64,000 nucleotides of DNA, taken from Candidatus Omnitrophota bacterium (GTDB lineage: Bacteria > Omnitrophota > Gorgyraeia > Gygaellales > Profunditerraquicolaceae). Below the pieces are notes generated by a model, which saw nothing but the letters and a program-made list of their open reading frames with translations, had not been told where the DNA came from and ran no database searches. The stretch spans positions 30,884 to 94,883 of the forward strand of contig JBAZKC010000002.1 of assembly GCA_041651035.1 (NCBI GenBank). Direction: 5' to 3'. How positions within the stretch are numbered: the first letter of the stretch is position 1; every line of letters begins with the position of its first letter. Position numbers and translations under genes: made by a program. Positions 1 to 10,420 of the stretch are shown in pieces.

Positions 1-2
1 TG

Positions 3-1169
3 ATGTTTAAACTTTCCCAAAAACTAAAAAGCCTACCGCCTTATCTTTTCTTGGAGATCGATAAAGCGAAGAGAAAGGCCAGGCAGGAAGGCCGGGATAT
101 TATTGATCTGGGGATAGGCGACCCGGACAGCCCCACGCCAAAGCATATTATTGAGGCATTATATACGGCAGCACAGGATCCGGCCAATCACCGTTACGCC
201 CTTGATCAAGGTATGCCTGTATTGCGCGAAGCGATCGCGGGCTGGTATAAGAGGCGGTTTAATGTCAGCCTTAACTCCGGCACTGAAATACTGCCTTTGA
301 TCGGCTCTAAAGAAGGTATCGCTCATCTTCCGTTAGCCTTTCTGGATGAGGGAGATTATTCGTTAGTGCCCGATCCATGTTATCCTCCTTATAGATGCGG
401 GACGATCTTAGCAGGCGGTAAGCCGTATCTTATGCCTTTGCGCGGATCAAACGCGTTCTTGCCTGACCTTAAGAAAATACCCGCGGATATCCGCGGGAAA
501 GCAAAATTGATGTATATCAATTATCCTAATAATCCGACTGGAGCAACCGCGGAGGAGGATTTCTATCGTCAGGTGGTAGAGTTCGCGGTTAAAAATAAGA
601 TTATCGTTGTTTCGGATCTGGCATATTCGGAGATGTCTTATGACGGATACAGGCCGGCTAGTTTCCTGGAGACGGAAGGCGCCGGGGATATAGGAATAGA
701 ATTCCATTCTTTGTCTAAAACCTATAACATGACCGGTTGGCGCGTAGGCTGGGCTTGCGGCAAGGCGGAATTGATCCAGGCCTTGGCAAAGGTTAAATCT
801 AATATTGATTCCGGGATATTTTCAGCGCTTCAGTTAGCGGGTGTCGCCGCTTTGGAAGGCCGGCAGGAATACGTTAGGAATATGTCCAATCTTTACCAGG
901 AAAGGCGCGATACCCTAGTTAAAGGTTTGAATTCGCTGGGCTGGCAGGTGAATCCTCCCCGGGCTTCTTTCTATATATGGATAAAGATCCCCCTAAAGAC
1001 AGGTTCTATAGAGTTTGCCAATTTGTTATTAAGGGAAGCGGATATTGTAGTTACTCCCGGAGTCGGATTCGGCAGGTATGGCGAGGGTTACATCCGCATG
1101 GCCTTAACAGTGCCTAAAGAAAGAATAAAAGAAGCGGTCGAAAGAATAAGTAAAGTTGCCAGGTTCTGA
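3..1169 (+). CDS. Class I/II PLP aminotransferase, LL-diaminopimelate aminotransferase-like
   Basis: 388 aa ORF, begins near the window edge but has an ATG. N-terminus LPPYLFLEID..IDLGIGDPD and SLSKTYNMTGWRVGW (PLP-lysine region) are typical of DapL-type fold-I aminotransferases. Confidence 0.75.
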   Translation: MFKLSQKLKSLPPYLFLEIDKAKRKARQEGRDIIDLGIGDPDSPTPKHIIEALYTAAQDPANHRYALDQGMPVLREAIAGWYKRRFNVSLNSGTEILPLIGSKEGIAHLPLAFLDEGDYSLVPDPCYPPYRCGTILAGGKPYLMPLRGSNAFLPDLKKIPADIRGKAKLMYINYPNNPTGATAEEDFYRQVVEFAVKNKIIVVSDLAYSEMSYDGYRPASFLETEGAGDIGIEFHSLSKTYNMTGWRVGWACGKAELIQALAKVKSNIDSGIFSALQLAGVAALEGRQEYVRNMSNLYQERRDTLVKGLNSLGWQVNPPRASFYIWIKIPLKTGSIEFANLLLREADIVVTPGVGFGRYGEGYIRMALTVPKERIKEAVERISKVARF

Positions 1170-1173
1170 GCCG

Positions 1174-1605
1174 ATGCCCATTTGTTATATAGGAATAGGT
1201 TCAAATTTAGGAGATCGCCGGGAAAAGATCGAATTAGCGATAGATAAGATCAGCCGGCTTAAAGACACAAAAGTGGCTAAAGTATCCTCGATCATAGAAA
1301 CTGATCCTGTCAGTACCCTTCCCCAGGGTAAATATTTAAACGCCGCGATAGAAATCAAAACAGGCTTGTCCGCGCGGGAATTATTAACCAACCTGCAAAA
1401 TATCGAAACTGAATTAGGCAGGAAGCGCTCTGTGAAGAACGCTCCGCGCACCATAGACCTGGATATTTTGCTTTTTGATGGCCAGGAAATAAAAGAACAG
1501 GATCTGACCGTGCCGCATCCTAAGATGCTGGAGAGAGAATTTGTCCTTATTCCTTTAAGGGAAATTGCCCCTGAGGTTGTGGAAAGGCTTACTTCATGCG
1601 CGTAA
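1174..1605 (+). CDS. folK: 2-amino-4-hydroxy-6-hydroxymethyldihydropteridine pyrophosphokinase (HPPK)
   Basis: MPICYIGIGSNLGDR..TIDLDILLF..LTVPHP motifs. The track ORF starts at a TTG at 1156, but the internal ATG at 1174 is the likely start. Confidence 0.85.
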   Translation: MPICYIGIGSNLGDRREKIELAIDKISRLKDTKVAKVSSIIETDPVSTLPQGKYLNAAIEIKTGLSARELLTNLQNIETELGRKRSVKNAPRTIDLDILLFDGQEIKEQDLTVPHPKMLEREFVLIPLREIAPEVVERLTSCA

Positions 1606-2456
1606 TCAGGAAAATTAAGAATATAAGAAGAGAAATAAATAAGGTAAAGGCAGGAAAAAAAACTATAGGTTTTGTTCCGACGATGGGAGCGTTGCATGAG
1701 GGGCACCTTAGCCTTATACGCCAGGCGCGCGCGGACAATGATTATGCCATAGTGAGTATATTCGTTAATCCTGTTCAATTCGGGCCGAAGGAAGACTTTA
1801 AGAAGTACCCCAGAAATCTGCCGCGGGATGCCGCTTTATGCAGAAAAGAAGGAGTAGATATTATATTTTATCCAGATATAAAAGAGATGTATACGGGAGA
1901 TTTTAAAGCGTATGTGGATGTCCAGGGCTTAAGCGGAGTTTTATGCGGCTTGTCCCGTCCGGGGCATTTTAAAGGCGTTGCCACGGTAGTAGCAAAGTTG
2001 TTTAATATAATCAGCCCGGATATAGCTTATTTCGGCCGCAAGGATGCTCAACAGGCGGTAATTATCAAGAAGATGACTGAAGATCTGAATTTTCCTGTTA
2101 AGGTTAAAGTTATGCCTATTGTGCGCCAGAAAGACGGCTTAGCGATGAGCTCAAGAAATACCTATCTGAGTAAAAAAGAGAGGAAAGACGCGTTAGTCTT
2201 GCCTGAGTCATTAGGCCTGGCTAAGGATTTGATTTATAGGGGCATAAAGGATCCAGGTAAGGTTATCCGCGGCATGAAGCAGCTTATACAGGGCAAGGGG
2301 TCTATCCGGATTGATTATATATCTATTCTGGATTTTGATACCCTAAAGCCGGTTAAGAAGATAATTGATAATTGCCTGATAGCTTTGGCAGTGCGTATCG
2401 GTAAAACCAGGCTGATAGATAATGCCGTAATATCTAAGGGACGTTTCTTGAGCTGA
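1596..2456 (+). CDS. panC: Pantoate--beta-alanine ligase
   Basis: 286 aa with GFVPTMGALHEGHLSL HIGH-type motif. Overlaps the folK end. Its last 6 codons and stop lie inside a palindromic element. Confidence 0.9.
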   Translation: MRVIRKIKNIRREINKVKAGKKTIGFVPTMGALHEGHLSLIRQARADNDYAIVSIFVNPVQFGPKEDFKKYPRNLPRDAALCRKEGVDIIFYPDIKEMYTGDFKAYVDVQGLSGVLCGLSRPGHFKGVATVVAKLFNIISPDIAYFGRKDAQQAVIIKKMTEDLNFPVKVKVMPIVRQKDGLAMSSRNTYLSKKERKDALVLPESLGLAKDLIYRGIKDPGKVIRGMKQLIQGKGSIRIDYISILDFDTLKPVKKIIDNCLIALAVRIGKTRLIDNAVISKGRFLS

Positions 2457-2496
2457 TCCCTGCCTGCCGGCAGGCAGGGGAGATCTGTCCCTTTTT
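2438..2496. terminator. GGGAC..GTCCC palindromic element acting as an intrinsic-terminator-like hairpin with a T5 tract
   Basis: gggac at 2438-2442, a perfect 22-nt GC palindrome ccctgcctgccggcaggcaggg at 2458-2479, gtccc at 2487-2491, then ttttt. Contains the panC stop codon (2454-2456). Confidence 0.6.
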
Positions 2497-2499
2497 AAA

Positions 2500-3324
2500 A
2501 TGATGAAAAGATTAAAAATCGGAATTGTGGGGTGCGGAGCGATCGGCAGTTCTCTAGCTAAAGCAATAGCTAGTGATTTTAAGAAGGAAGCAGAGCTATC
2601 CGCGTTTTACGATATTGATACTAAGAAATCCCGCGATTTATCAAGAACGGTCTCTAATAAGCGCGATTTAGTGGTCCGGGGGCTTAAACAATTAATTGAT
2701 AGATCTGAATTGGTGATCGAGGCATCTTCTGCCAAGAGTTCCTGGGGAATAACCAAGAATGTCTTAACAAGGCGGCGCGATATTATGGTTATGAGTGTAG
2801 GCGGGGTAGCCGGCCATTTCCGGGAATTAAGCGGGCTGGCAAAGAGGTATGGTTGCAGGGTTTATATTCCCAGTGGAGCCATTGCCGGTATCGACGGTAT
2901 AAAAGCGGCGGGGATCGGAAAGATCAGAAGGGTTACGCTTACTACGCGTAAGAATCCCAAATCTTTTAAAGGCGTTGAGTATATTAAAAAGAAGGGTATC
3001 AATTTAGATAAGATCAAAAAAGATACTACGTTATTTTCCGGCAGCGCCAAAGAAGCGGTTAAGTGTTTTCCTCAAAATATCAATGTTGCCGGGTTATTGA
3101 GTATTGCCGGTGTCGGGGAGGATAAAACCAAGGTTAGGATCATCGCCTCTCCGGATACAAAGAAGAATATCCATGAGGTCAGGATAGAATCGGAAGGTGC
3201 TAAGATATTTACGAGGACCGAGAATATCCTTCATCCCGATAATCCTAAAACAAGCTATCTGGCGGTATTATCGGCAGTAGCGGTTTTAAAACAGATTTTA
3301 GGCCCGGTTAAGGTCGGCACTTAA
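2500..3324 (+). CDS. Aspartate dehydrogenase domain protein (NadX-like)
   Basis: 274 aa, N-terminal Rossmann motif KIGIVGCGAIGSSLAKAI and overall NadX-like layout. Confidence 0.6.
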   Translation: MMKRLKIGIVGCGAIGSSLAKAIASDFKKEAELSAFYDIDTKKSRDLSRTVSNKRDLVVRGLKQLIDRSELVIEASSAKSSWGITKNVLTRRRDIMVMSVGGVAGHFRELSGLAKRYGCRVYIPSGAIAGIDGIKAAGIGKIRRVTLTTRKNPKSFKGVEYIKKKGINLDKIKKDTTLFSGSAKEAVKCFPQNINVAGLLSIAGVGEDKTKVRIIASPDTKKNIHEVRIESEGAKIFTRTENILHPDNPKTSYLAVLSAVAVLKQILGPVKVGT

Positions 3325-3359
3325 TTAAAATAACATAAAGAAAGGGGGTGAATCAAGAT

Positions 3360-3599
3360 ATGGCACAGAAAATAGTAAAGTTGGGTATAAAGCGTCAAAA
3401 AGGCTGCCTCTATTACGTTGACAAGCAGGGTGATGTTTCCTGCGCTACAATGGCCAGAGGCAAGAAAAAAGGAGGAAGCCCTAAAAAAGTAGCGAAAGCA
3501 GGTATAAAGAGAAAAGAAGGGTACCTTTATTTCGTTGACAAACAGGGTGATGTCTCTTGCGCTAAGATGAAAAGGGGCGGTAAGAAGAAAAAGAAATAA
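3360..3599 (+). CDS. Small lysine-rich protein with an internal tandem duplication (two Cys-containing repeats), function unknown
   Basis: Repeat 1 is KLGIKRQKGCLYYVDKQGDVSCATMARGKKKGG and repeat 2 is KAGIKRKEGYLYFVDKQGDVSCAKMKRGGKKKKK. An aagggggtg RBS lies 8 nt before the ATG at 3360; the track start at 3348 is a GTG with no spacing to the RBS. Confidence 0.55.
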   Translation: MAQKIVKLGIKRQKGCLYYVDKQGDVSCATMARGKKKGGSPKKVAKAGIKRKEGYLYFVDKQGDVSCAKMKRGGKKKKK

Positions 3600-3620
3600 G
3601 CGGATAGTAAACAATAACCC

Positions 3621-3670
3621 TATAACCCCGCGCCTTTTAACACATGCATATTAAAGGGCGCGGGGTTATC
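3621..3670. terminator. Perfect 13-bp inverted repeat hairpin (ataaccccgcgcc / ggcgcggggttat) with a 22-nt partly palindromic loop
   Basis: Seen directly in the sequence between the small basic protein gene and the B12 radical SAM gene. There is no clear U-tract, so it may be a terminator or a 5' UTR structure. Confidence 0.4.
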
Positions 3671-3678
3671 TATATTCC

Positions 3679-5037
3679 ATGAATATATTGTTGATCCAGC
3701 CATTCTTTAAAAAAAGCGAAAAAGCATATCCTTTAGGCTTAGGGTATATCAGTTCTGTCCTGAAACAGCGGGGGCATAACGTCTTTGGCGCGGACCTTTC
3801 TTTTTATCATCCCGGAGAGATCTTAGATTTAATAAAAAAAGAGAACATCAACCTCGTCGGGATCTCAGCAATGTCATATAATTTTAGTAATGCCGTCCAT
3901 ATATGTAAAAATATAAAGAGCCGTTATGCTGTCCCCATTGTTGTCGGTGGCCCGCATGCGACTATATTTAAGGAGAGGTTACTGCGCAATTATGGCGGGT
4001 ATTTTGATTATTTAGTCGCCGGAGAAGGTGAATGGGCATTTGCCGAATTGACGGATTGCCTGCAAAAAGGAGTACCGCCTGCGCATGTAGATGGTTTATC
4101 GTATATCAGTAATGGGGAGATTTTCATAAATAAAAAGCGTAAAGAAGAACCCGATATCAATAATTTCCCTTTTCCTGACAGGAATATCTTTCCCATATAT
4201 AAATACAGGGGAATGTTTGCCAGGGAAAAACTATATACCCAGATTATTACCAGCAGAGGCTGTGATCACCGCTGCAACTATTGCCCTGAATCTGCGCTAT
4301 CAAACGGCTGGAGGGGCCGTTTGATAGAAAATGTAATTGCTGAGATCGAATCTATCGTGGCATCGTTTGGGATAAAGGAATTCCATATTGAAGACGCGAA
4401 TTTCCTTGGCGGCGGGGCAAAGAGGATAGAGGAATTATGCAAACGCATCATCGCTTTAAAATTAAATATAAAATGGCAATGCCCTAATGGGATACCCGCT
4501 ATGGATTTTAAAGATGATTCTATCCTGGGATTGATGGCGGAGGCAGGCTGTTACAGCATATCCCTTGGCATAGAATCGCTTGAAGAGGGTATTCTAAATA
4601 GCATGGGCAGGCTTTATAACTTTAATTCAGTCAAGAAGATAGTAAAAAGCGCGCATAAAGCAGGCATAGAAGTTACGGGATATTTTATGATAGGCTTCCC
4701 CGGGCAGAGCCTGAAAAGTATTAAAAATGATGCCTCCTTATCAAGAAGGTTAGGTTTTGATTTCTTGCATTATTCTATTTTTCAGCTGATTCCCGGTTCT
4801 TCTCTTTTTTATAGTTATTCTGACAGTTTAGATATAGAATATACAATAAAACAATACGCCATTTTGCCGGGTATCAATAAGAGATCTTTAGGCAGGCTTC
4901 GAATACTGTTTTCCCTATCAGGCTTTTTAAGCCCGAGGTATTTTTTGTTTATTTTCAGCCTGATAATAAGAAATAATCCGTATAGGATCTTACGCAGGGC
5001 GGCCGTGCATCTCTTGGGGTTAGATCTTAAATTCTAA
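3679..5037 (+). CDS. B12-binding domain radical SAM protein
   Basis: N-terminal cobalamin-binding-like domain (NILLIQPFF..LGLGYISS) followed by RGCDHRCNYCPE (CxxxCxxC). Confidence 0.8.
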   Translation: MNILLIQPFFKKSEKAYPLGLGYISSVLKQRGHNVFGADLSFYHPGEILDLIKKENINLVGISAMSYNFSNAVHICKNIKSRYAVPIVVGGPHATIFKERLLRNYGGYFDYLVAGEGEWAFAELTDCLQKGVPPAHVDGLSYISNGEIFINKKRKEEPDINNFPFPDRNIFPIYKYRGMFAREKLYTQIITSRGCDHRCNYCPESALSNGWRGRLIENVIAEIESIVASFGIKEFHIEDANFLGGGAKRIEELCKRIIALKLNIKWQCPNGIPAMDFKDDSILGLMAEAGCYSISLGIESLEEGILNSMGRLYNFNSVKKIVKSAHKAGIEVTGYFMIGFPGQSLKSIKNDASLSRRLGFDFLHYSIFQLIPGSSLFYSYSDSLDIEYTIKQYAILPGINKRSLGRLRILFSLSGFLSPRYFLFIFSLIIRNNPYRILRRAAVHLLGLDLKF

Positions 5038-5043
5038 CCCCCC
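5017..5043. repeat. Hairpin ggggttaga-N8-tctaacccc overlapping the stop codon of the radical SAM gene
   Basis: 9-bp stem with the TAA stop (5035-5037) inside the 3' arm. Confidence 0.4.
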
Positions 5044-5052
5044 ACTACAATT

Positions 5053-7866
5053 ATGGAAGAAAATATCATTATCAGGGGAGCCAAAGAGCATAATCTAAAA
5101 GATATAGATCTTAAGCTGCCCCGCAATAAATTTATCGTGATCACCGGTTTGTCTGGTTCGGGCAAATCCAGCCTCGCCTTTGATACTATTTACGCGGAAG
5201 GCCAGCGCAGGTATGTCGAGAGCCTTTCCAGTTACGCCCGCCAGTTCTTAGAACAGTTACAGAAACCGGATGTTGAGCACATTGAAGGGCTATCTCCGTC
5301 TATAGCGATAGAACAAAGGGCTGCCGGAGGGAGCCCGCGCTCCACGGTGGCAACGCAAACTGAGATCTATGATTATTTGAGGCTGCTTTTTGCCCGCATT
5401 GGAAAGGTATATTGTTATCAATGCGGACAGCCGATAGAAAAACAAAGTTCACAGGAAATAATAGGTAAAATAATGGCTTTATCTTCCGGGACATCCATTC
5501 AGATATTGGCTCCGGTAGTAAGGGGGAGAAAAGGGGAATACAAAGAAATATTCGGTTCAATTCAGAAGTCAGGGTTTGCGCGCTGCCGGGTTGACGGCAA
5601 AGTTTATGAACTGCCGGCAAAGATAAAACTCGCCAAATATAAGATCCACGATATCGAAGTGGTTGTGGATAGATTGATCATTAAGCCGGAAATAAAAAAG
5701 AGGTTAACCGATTCGGTTGAGACGGCGCTTAAGGCTGGTAAAGGCAGTATAATTGTTTCTTTAACTGGTGCGCGTGCCCAAGAATTGGTTTTTAATGAAC
5801 AATACGCCTGCGCAAAGTGCGGTATAAGCTATTCGGAAGTCGAACCGCGCACATTTTCTTTCAATTCTCCGTATGGGGCTTGTCCTGAATGTAACGGCTT
5901 AGGCACAAAACTGGAGTTCGATCCCGATTTAGTTATTCCGGATAAAGATAAATCTATAAATGAAGGAGCAATAGATCCCTGGAGAAGGGGAGGCCGGGGA
6001 TACATACTTTATTATCGCTGGCTCATCAGGGAGCTTTCTTCCAAGATGGGTTTTGACCTGGGAACGCCGTTTAAGAGATTAAGCAAGGTAGCGCAGAAGG
6101 CGATACTCTATGGTACTGATGAAATTGTGGGAAGCAAGCCCTTTGAAGGCGTAATACCTAATTTGGAAAGGTTATTCCGCGAAACAGACAGCGATTATTT
6201 AAAAGAAGAAATTTCCAGGTTTATGTCCAGCCTGCTGTGCCCTGTGTGTAAAGGTGCCAGGTTACGTAAAGACAGCTTGTCTGTAAGGATCGGCAATAAG
6301 AATATCTGGGAAGTTTCACTGATGTCCATAAAAGAAGCTCAGGATTTTTTTAACAGATTAGAATTGGATGAAAGGCAGAAGATAGTCGCCCAGCATGTAT
6401 TAAAAGGCATAATTCAGAAGATTAGATTCTGCGCTGATGTAGGGTTGGATTATTTAACTTTAGACAGGAAGAGTTCGACTCTTTCAGGAGGGGAGGCGCA
6501 GAGGATCCGTTTAGCCACTCAGGTGGGCTCAGGGCTCGTGGGCGTGTTGTATGTCTTAGATGAGCCCAGTATAGGTTTACATAAAAGGGATATCGATAAG
6601 CTCCTTTTGACTCTTAAGGCTTTAAGGGATTTAGGCAATACTTTGATTGTCGTAGAGCATGATGAATCCATGATCCTGGCCGCGGATCACATCGTAGACC
6701 TGGGCCCGGGCGCGGGCAGGCATGGCGGAGAAGTGATTTTTTCCGGGTCAAAGGAAGCGCTTTTAAAAGATCAAAAATCCCTTACCGCTAAATACCTGCG
6801 GCGGGAATTAAAAATAGATATTCCTCTTAAAAGGAGGCCGTGGCAGGATAAAAAGTTCCTGGAAATAGTCGGGGCCAGGGAACATAACTTAAAATGCATA
6901 GATGTAAAATTCCCTCTAGGTTTGTTTGTTTGCGTTACAGGCGTATCAGGTTCAGGCAAGTCTACTTTAATAGACGGGATATTGTTTAAGGCCTTAGCGC
7001 AAATGCTCTATAGAGATCCCCGGAACAAACCCAAAGAAAAACCCGGTCTTTATGAAAAGATCAAAGGGGCGGAATTTATCGACAAGGTTATAGTAGTTGA
7101 TCAGTCTCCCATAGGCAGGACCCCCCGCTCAAATCCGGTTACATATACCGGTGTTTTTACTCATATCAGGGATATATTCAGCAGGCTTCCCGAGGCCAGG
7201 ATGCGGGGTTTTAAACCGGGGAGGTTTTCTTTTAATGTCAAGGGCGGGCGCTGCGAAGCATGCGCGGGCGACGGTATAAAAAAGATAGAGATGCATTTTC
7301 TTCCCGACGTATATGTAAAATGCGGTGTATGCAAGGGCTTGAGATTTAACGAATCCACCCTGGAAGTAAAATATAAAGGTAAGTCCATCGCTGATTGTTT
7401 GGAAATGACCGTAGAAGAGGCGCGGGAGTTATTCGCTAATATCCCTAAGATAAGCAATACCCTTAACCTTCTTTCCGATGTAGGCTTAAACTATATACAG
7501 CTCGGCCAGCCGGCGACTACTTTATCCGGAGGAGAGGCGCAGCGCCTCAAGCTTTCCTCCGAGCTTAGCAAGCGTTCCACAGGCAAGACCCTGTATATCC
7601 TGGATGAACCCACTACGGGTTTGCATTTTGCTGACGTGGCAAAGCTGCTGTCGGTCCTGCAAAGATTAGTGGATAAAGGCAATACAGTCATTGTGATCGA
7701 GCACAATTTAGAAGTAATAAAATGCGCCGACTATATTGTTGATCTTGGGCTTGAGGGAGGGGATAAGGGTGGAGAGGTTGTAGCTTTTGGAAGCCCCGAA
7801 GAGTTGATCAATAATAAGAGATCATATACTTCCCAATCCTTAAGAAAGGTATTGAAGGGTAAATAA
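5053..7866 (+). CDS. uvrA: Excinuclease ABC subunit A
   Basis: 937 aa, two ABC ATPase modules ([12 protein letters not shown].., LSGGEAQR x2), zinc fingers CxxC. Confidence 0.97.
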   Translation: MEENIIIRGAKEHNLKDIDLKLPRNKFIVITGLSGSGKSSLAFDTIYAEGQRRYVESLSSYARQFLEQLQKPDVEHIEGLSPSIAIEQRAAGGSPRSTVATQTEIYDYLRLLFARIGKVYCYQCGQPIEKQSSQEIIGKIMALSSGTSIQILAPVVRGRKGEYKEIFGSIQKSGFARCRVDGKVYELPAKIKLAKYKIHDIEVVVDRLIIKPEIKKRLTDSVETALKAGKGSIIVSLTGARAQELVFNEQYACAKCGISYSEVEPRTFSFNSPYGACPECNGLGTKLEFDPDLVIPDKDKSINEGAIDPWRRGGRGYILYYRWLIRELSSKMGFDLGTPFKRLSKVAQKAILYGTDEIVGSKPFEGVIPNLERLFRETDSDYLKEEISRFMSSLLCPVCKGARLRKDSLSVRIGNKNIWEVSLMSIKEAQDFFNRLELDERQKIVAQHVLKGIIQKIRFCADVGLDYLTLDRKSSTLSGGEAQRIRLATQVGSGLVGVLYVLDEPSIGLHKRDIDKLLLTLKALRDLGNTLIVVEHDESMILAADHIVDLGPGAGRHGGEVIFSGSKEALLKDQKSLTAKYLRRELKIDIPLKRRPWQDKKFLEIVGAREHNLKCIDVKFPLGLFVCVTGVSGSGKSTLIDGILFKALAQMLYRDPRNKPKEKPGLYEKIKGAEFIDKVIVVDQSPIGRTPRSNPVTYTGVFTHIRDIFSRLPEARMRGFKPGRFSFNVKGGRCEACAGDGIKKIEMHFLPDVYVKCGVCKGLRFNESTLEVKYKGKSIADCLEMTVEEARELFANIPKISNTLNLLSDVGLNYIQLGQPATTLSGGEAQRLKLSSELSKRSTGKTLYILDEPTTGLHFADVAKLLSVLQRLVDKGNTVIVIEHNLEVIKCADYIVDLGLEGGDKGGEVVAFGSPEELINNKRSYTSQSLRKVLKGK

Positions 7867-7909
7867 AGAAGTGGTATAGTTTAAGTATTCCGAGGGGCTC
7901 AAGCGCAAA

Positions 7910-10417
7910 ATGAATAAATCCATAAAAATATTCTTATTATTAGCGGTTGTTACAGGCTGCCTGCTGTGGGCCTCTGCCATAAATATAGGAGGGATCAGCC
8001 ATAAATCTTATGCCCAGGAATCTTCTAAAGAAGAAGAGGCGCTATTCGTCGCGAAAAAAGCATTTGAAGACGGGTTTTATGAAGTAAGCCTGGGCTTATT
8101 GGAGCGGTTCTTGAATAATTACCCTGGTTCATCCAAAGCGGTGGAAGCAAATTTATTAATAGGCAGGTGCTATTTCCAGCAAAATAAGTTCTTAGACGCC
8201 CTGGCTAAATTTGAAGGCCTCTTGGGTCAGCCCCAGGCTTTAAATGTAAGAGATGCTGTTCTTTACTGGATCGCCGAAGCGCATTTTAAAGGGAATGGCT
8301 TTAACGCGGCCGCGACTTATTACCAAAGGATAATCAATGAATTCCCCAGGTCTTCTTATATTCCCGCTGCTTATTATTCTCTGGGCTGGTGTTTATTTCA
8401 GGAACAGAAGTTCCAGCAGGCCCTGGAATACTTTAAGGTTGTGGAGGAAAAATATCCAAGGGAACCGCAGGCAAGAGATGTCCCCTTTAAGATAGCCGAA
8501 TGCCTTTATAACTTAAAAGATTACTCCGGATTAAAATCCAGGCTTAAGGATTATATAAAAATATATTCCCAGGATCCTACCCGCCTGTCTTATCTTTATT
8601 TTTATATGGCGGAAGCCGAGTATTATCTTAATAACTTTTCCGTTGCCGCCGATTGGTACCATAAGGCTTTTAACAGCAGCCGCGACGATAAGATACAGGC
8701 ATTATCTAAGCTGGGCCAGGCTTGGGCGTATCTAAAATTAAAACAATACAAAGATTCCGAAGCGGCGTTGAGGGAGGTTAAGGCCGATAAACTGGAAAAG
8801 AAGAACGTTGATGTTTTATTGCTGGGCAAAGCTATATTAATGACAGAGACCAACCGGGTTAATGAAGCGGAGGGGATATACCAGGAGCTGTTAAACACGA
8901 CCCTTGATCCGCTCGTTTTGATCCAGGCATATCTTGGCAAGGGCGACGCTCTCTATAACCTTGCTGATTATCAAGAAGCTGTAAATGTGTATAAAGAAGC
9001 TATTGTTAAGGCTGGCGCGGGGACTGTCTCCGGAGAAATGGTTGATAAACTGCATTATAATCTGGCTTGGGCTTTCTTGAAACAAGGAGAGTTTAAGGAG
9101 GCTATAAAAGAATTCCAGAAGATCATAAAGACCAGTGATGATAACATTGTTAAGGCCAGCGCCCTTTGCCAGATAGGAGACGCGTATCAAGATTCGGGTG
9201 ATTACAATAAAGCGCAAGAGACCTACGATACCATATTAAAGGATTATCCCGATAATTTCTACGGTGATTATGTACAGTACCAATTGGGTCTTACCTTGCT
9301 TAAGAATTCAAATTACGACGGAGCGGTCTTAAGCTTCTTGACTCTCAAAAATAACTTTCCTAAATCTAAACTTTTAGACGATGCCTCTTACGCTTTGGGG
9401 CTGGCTTATTTTCAGAAGCAGGACTATAACTCAAGCAAGGATGTTTTCGCGAAGTTCCAGGAAGAGTTTAAGGATAGCAGCTTAAGGCCGCAAGCGATGT
9501 ATCTTTTGGGCACCAGCTTGTATAATCTCGGGGATTTTCCGGGGGCCATAGAGGTGTTTAAAAATATCGCCAGGGGCTACGGCCAGGATACGGAATTGAC
9601 CCAGAAGGCCGAATATGAAATAGCGGATTGTTTTTATCAGATGGGCGAGGAAAAAGAAGCCATGGCAAGATTTAAGGCGTTACGCTCTAAATACCCTGAC
9701 TCCAAGCTCACCCCCGAAATTATGTGGTGGTTAGGAGAATACTACTACAGGCATAATGAATTGGAACTGGCGCGCCGGTATTTTACTTCTCTGATACGGG
9801 ATTTTCCCAAGAGTAATTTGATCGCTGATGCTTATTACGCTTTAGGCTCGAGCTTCACAGAGGAATCCCGGTACGAAGAAGCGATAGAGAATTTTAAGAA
9901 GATCGAAGAGCCGGGCAGGTCTGACCTTAGCGGCCAGGCGGCTGTCGCCATAGCCGATATTTATGTAAAACAGGACAAGGCTGATTCAGCTTTAAATACA
10001 TACCAAGAGGTCATTAAAGAATACCCCGGGCTTACGAATTTAGTTTATCCTAAAATGGCAGGTTTGTTCTACAAAATGAATAAATTAGCCCAGGCTTTAG
10101 ATTTTTATCGCCAGAGCCTGGATCTTGTGCCGGCAAAAGAGATGGCGGGTATCCAATTCAAGATAGCCGAAGTCCTAGAGGCGCAGGAGAAGATCCAGGA
10201 GGCTATAGAAGAGTACCTTAAGGTTACCTACCTTTACGCGGAGGATAACAATTTAGCGGTAAAGGCGCTTTTAAGGGTAGCGGAGATTTATGAGGGGAAG
10301 GGGGATCTTAAAGAAGCAGTCAGCATCTACAAAAGAATTATTTCCCTGAATACCGAAGAAGCAAAATACGCTCAAGAGCGGATAGATTGGATAAAAACTA
10401 ACAATAACAGGAGGTAG
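7910..10417 (+). CDS. Tetratricopeptide-repeat protein with N-terminal signal peptide
   Basis: 835 aa. Signal-like N-terminus, then many 34-residue A..Y..G..Y..A TPR units and YbgF-like repeats. Confidence 0.8.
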   Translation: MNKSIKIFLLLAVVTGCLLWASAINIGGISHKSYAQESSKEEEALFVAKKAFEDGFYEVSLGLLERFLNNYPGSSKAVEANLLIGRCYFQQNKFLDALAKFEGLLGQPQALNVRDAVLYWIAEAHFKGNGFNAAATYYQRIINEFPRSSYIPAAYYSLGWCLFQEQKFQQALEYFKVVEEKYPREPQARDVPFKIAECLYNLKDYSGLKSRLKDYIKIYSQDPTRLSYLYFYMAEAEYYLNNFSVAADWYHKAFNSSRDDKIQALSKLGQAWAYLKLKQYKDSEAALREVKADKLEKKNVDVLLLGKAILMTETNRVNEAEGIYQELLNTTLDPLVLIQAYLGKGDALYNLADYQEAVNVYKEAIVKAGAGTVSGEMVDKLHYNLAWAFLKQGEFKEAIKEFQKIIKTSDDNIVKASALCQIGDAYQDSGDYNKAQETYDTILKDYPDNFYGDYVQYQLGLTLLKNSNYDGAVLSFLTLKNNFPKSKLLDDASYALGLAYFQKQDYNSSKDVFAKFQEEFKDSSLRPQAMYLLGTSLYNLGDFPGAIEVFKNIARGYGQDTELTQKAEYEIADCFYQMGEEKEAMARFKALRSKYPDSKLTPEIMWWLGEYYYRHNELELARRYFTSLIRDFPKSNLIADAYYALGSSFTEESRYEEAIENFKKIEEPGRSDLSGQAAVAIADIYVKQDKADSALNTYQEVIKEYPGLTNLVYPKMAGLFYKMNKLAQALDFYRQSLDLVPAKEMAGIQFKIAEVLEAQEKIQEAIEEYLKVTYLYAEDNNLAVKALLRVAEIYEGKGDLKEAVSIYKRIISLNTEEAKYAQERIDWIKTNNNRR

Positions 10418-10420
10418 CAG

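Noticed and set aside
1185-1778. 197-aa minus-strand ORF
   Set aside because: Lies entirely antisense to folK/panC, which have strong family signatures; low-complexity translation, no RBS
3321-3614. 97-aa minus-strand ORF antisense to the small basic protein
   Set aside because: Mirror ORF of the Lys-rich (AAG/AAA-rich) gene, whose Phe/Leu-rich translation is typical of an antisense artefact; the + strand gene has an RBS and a terminator
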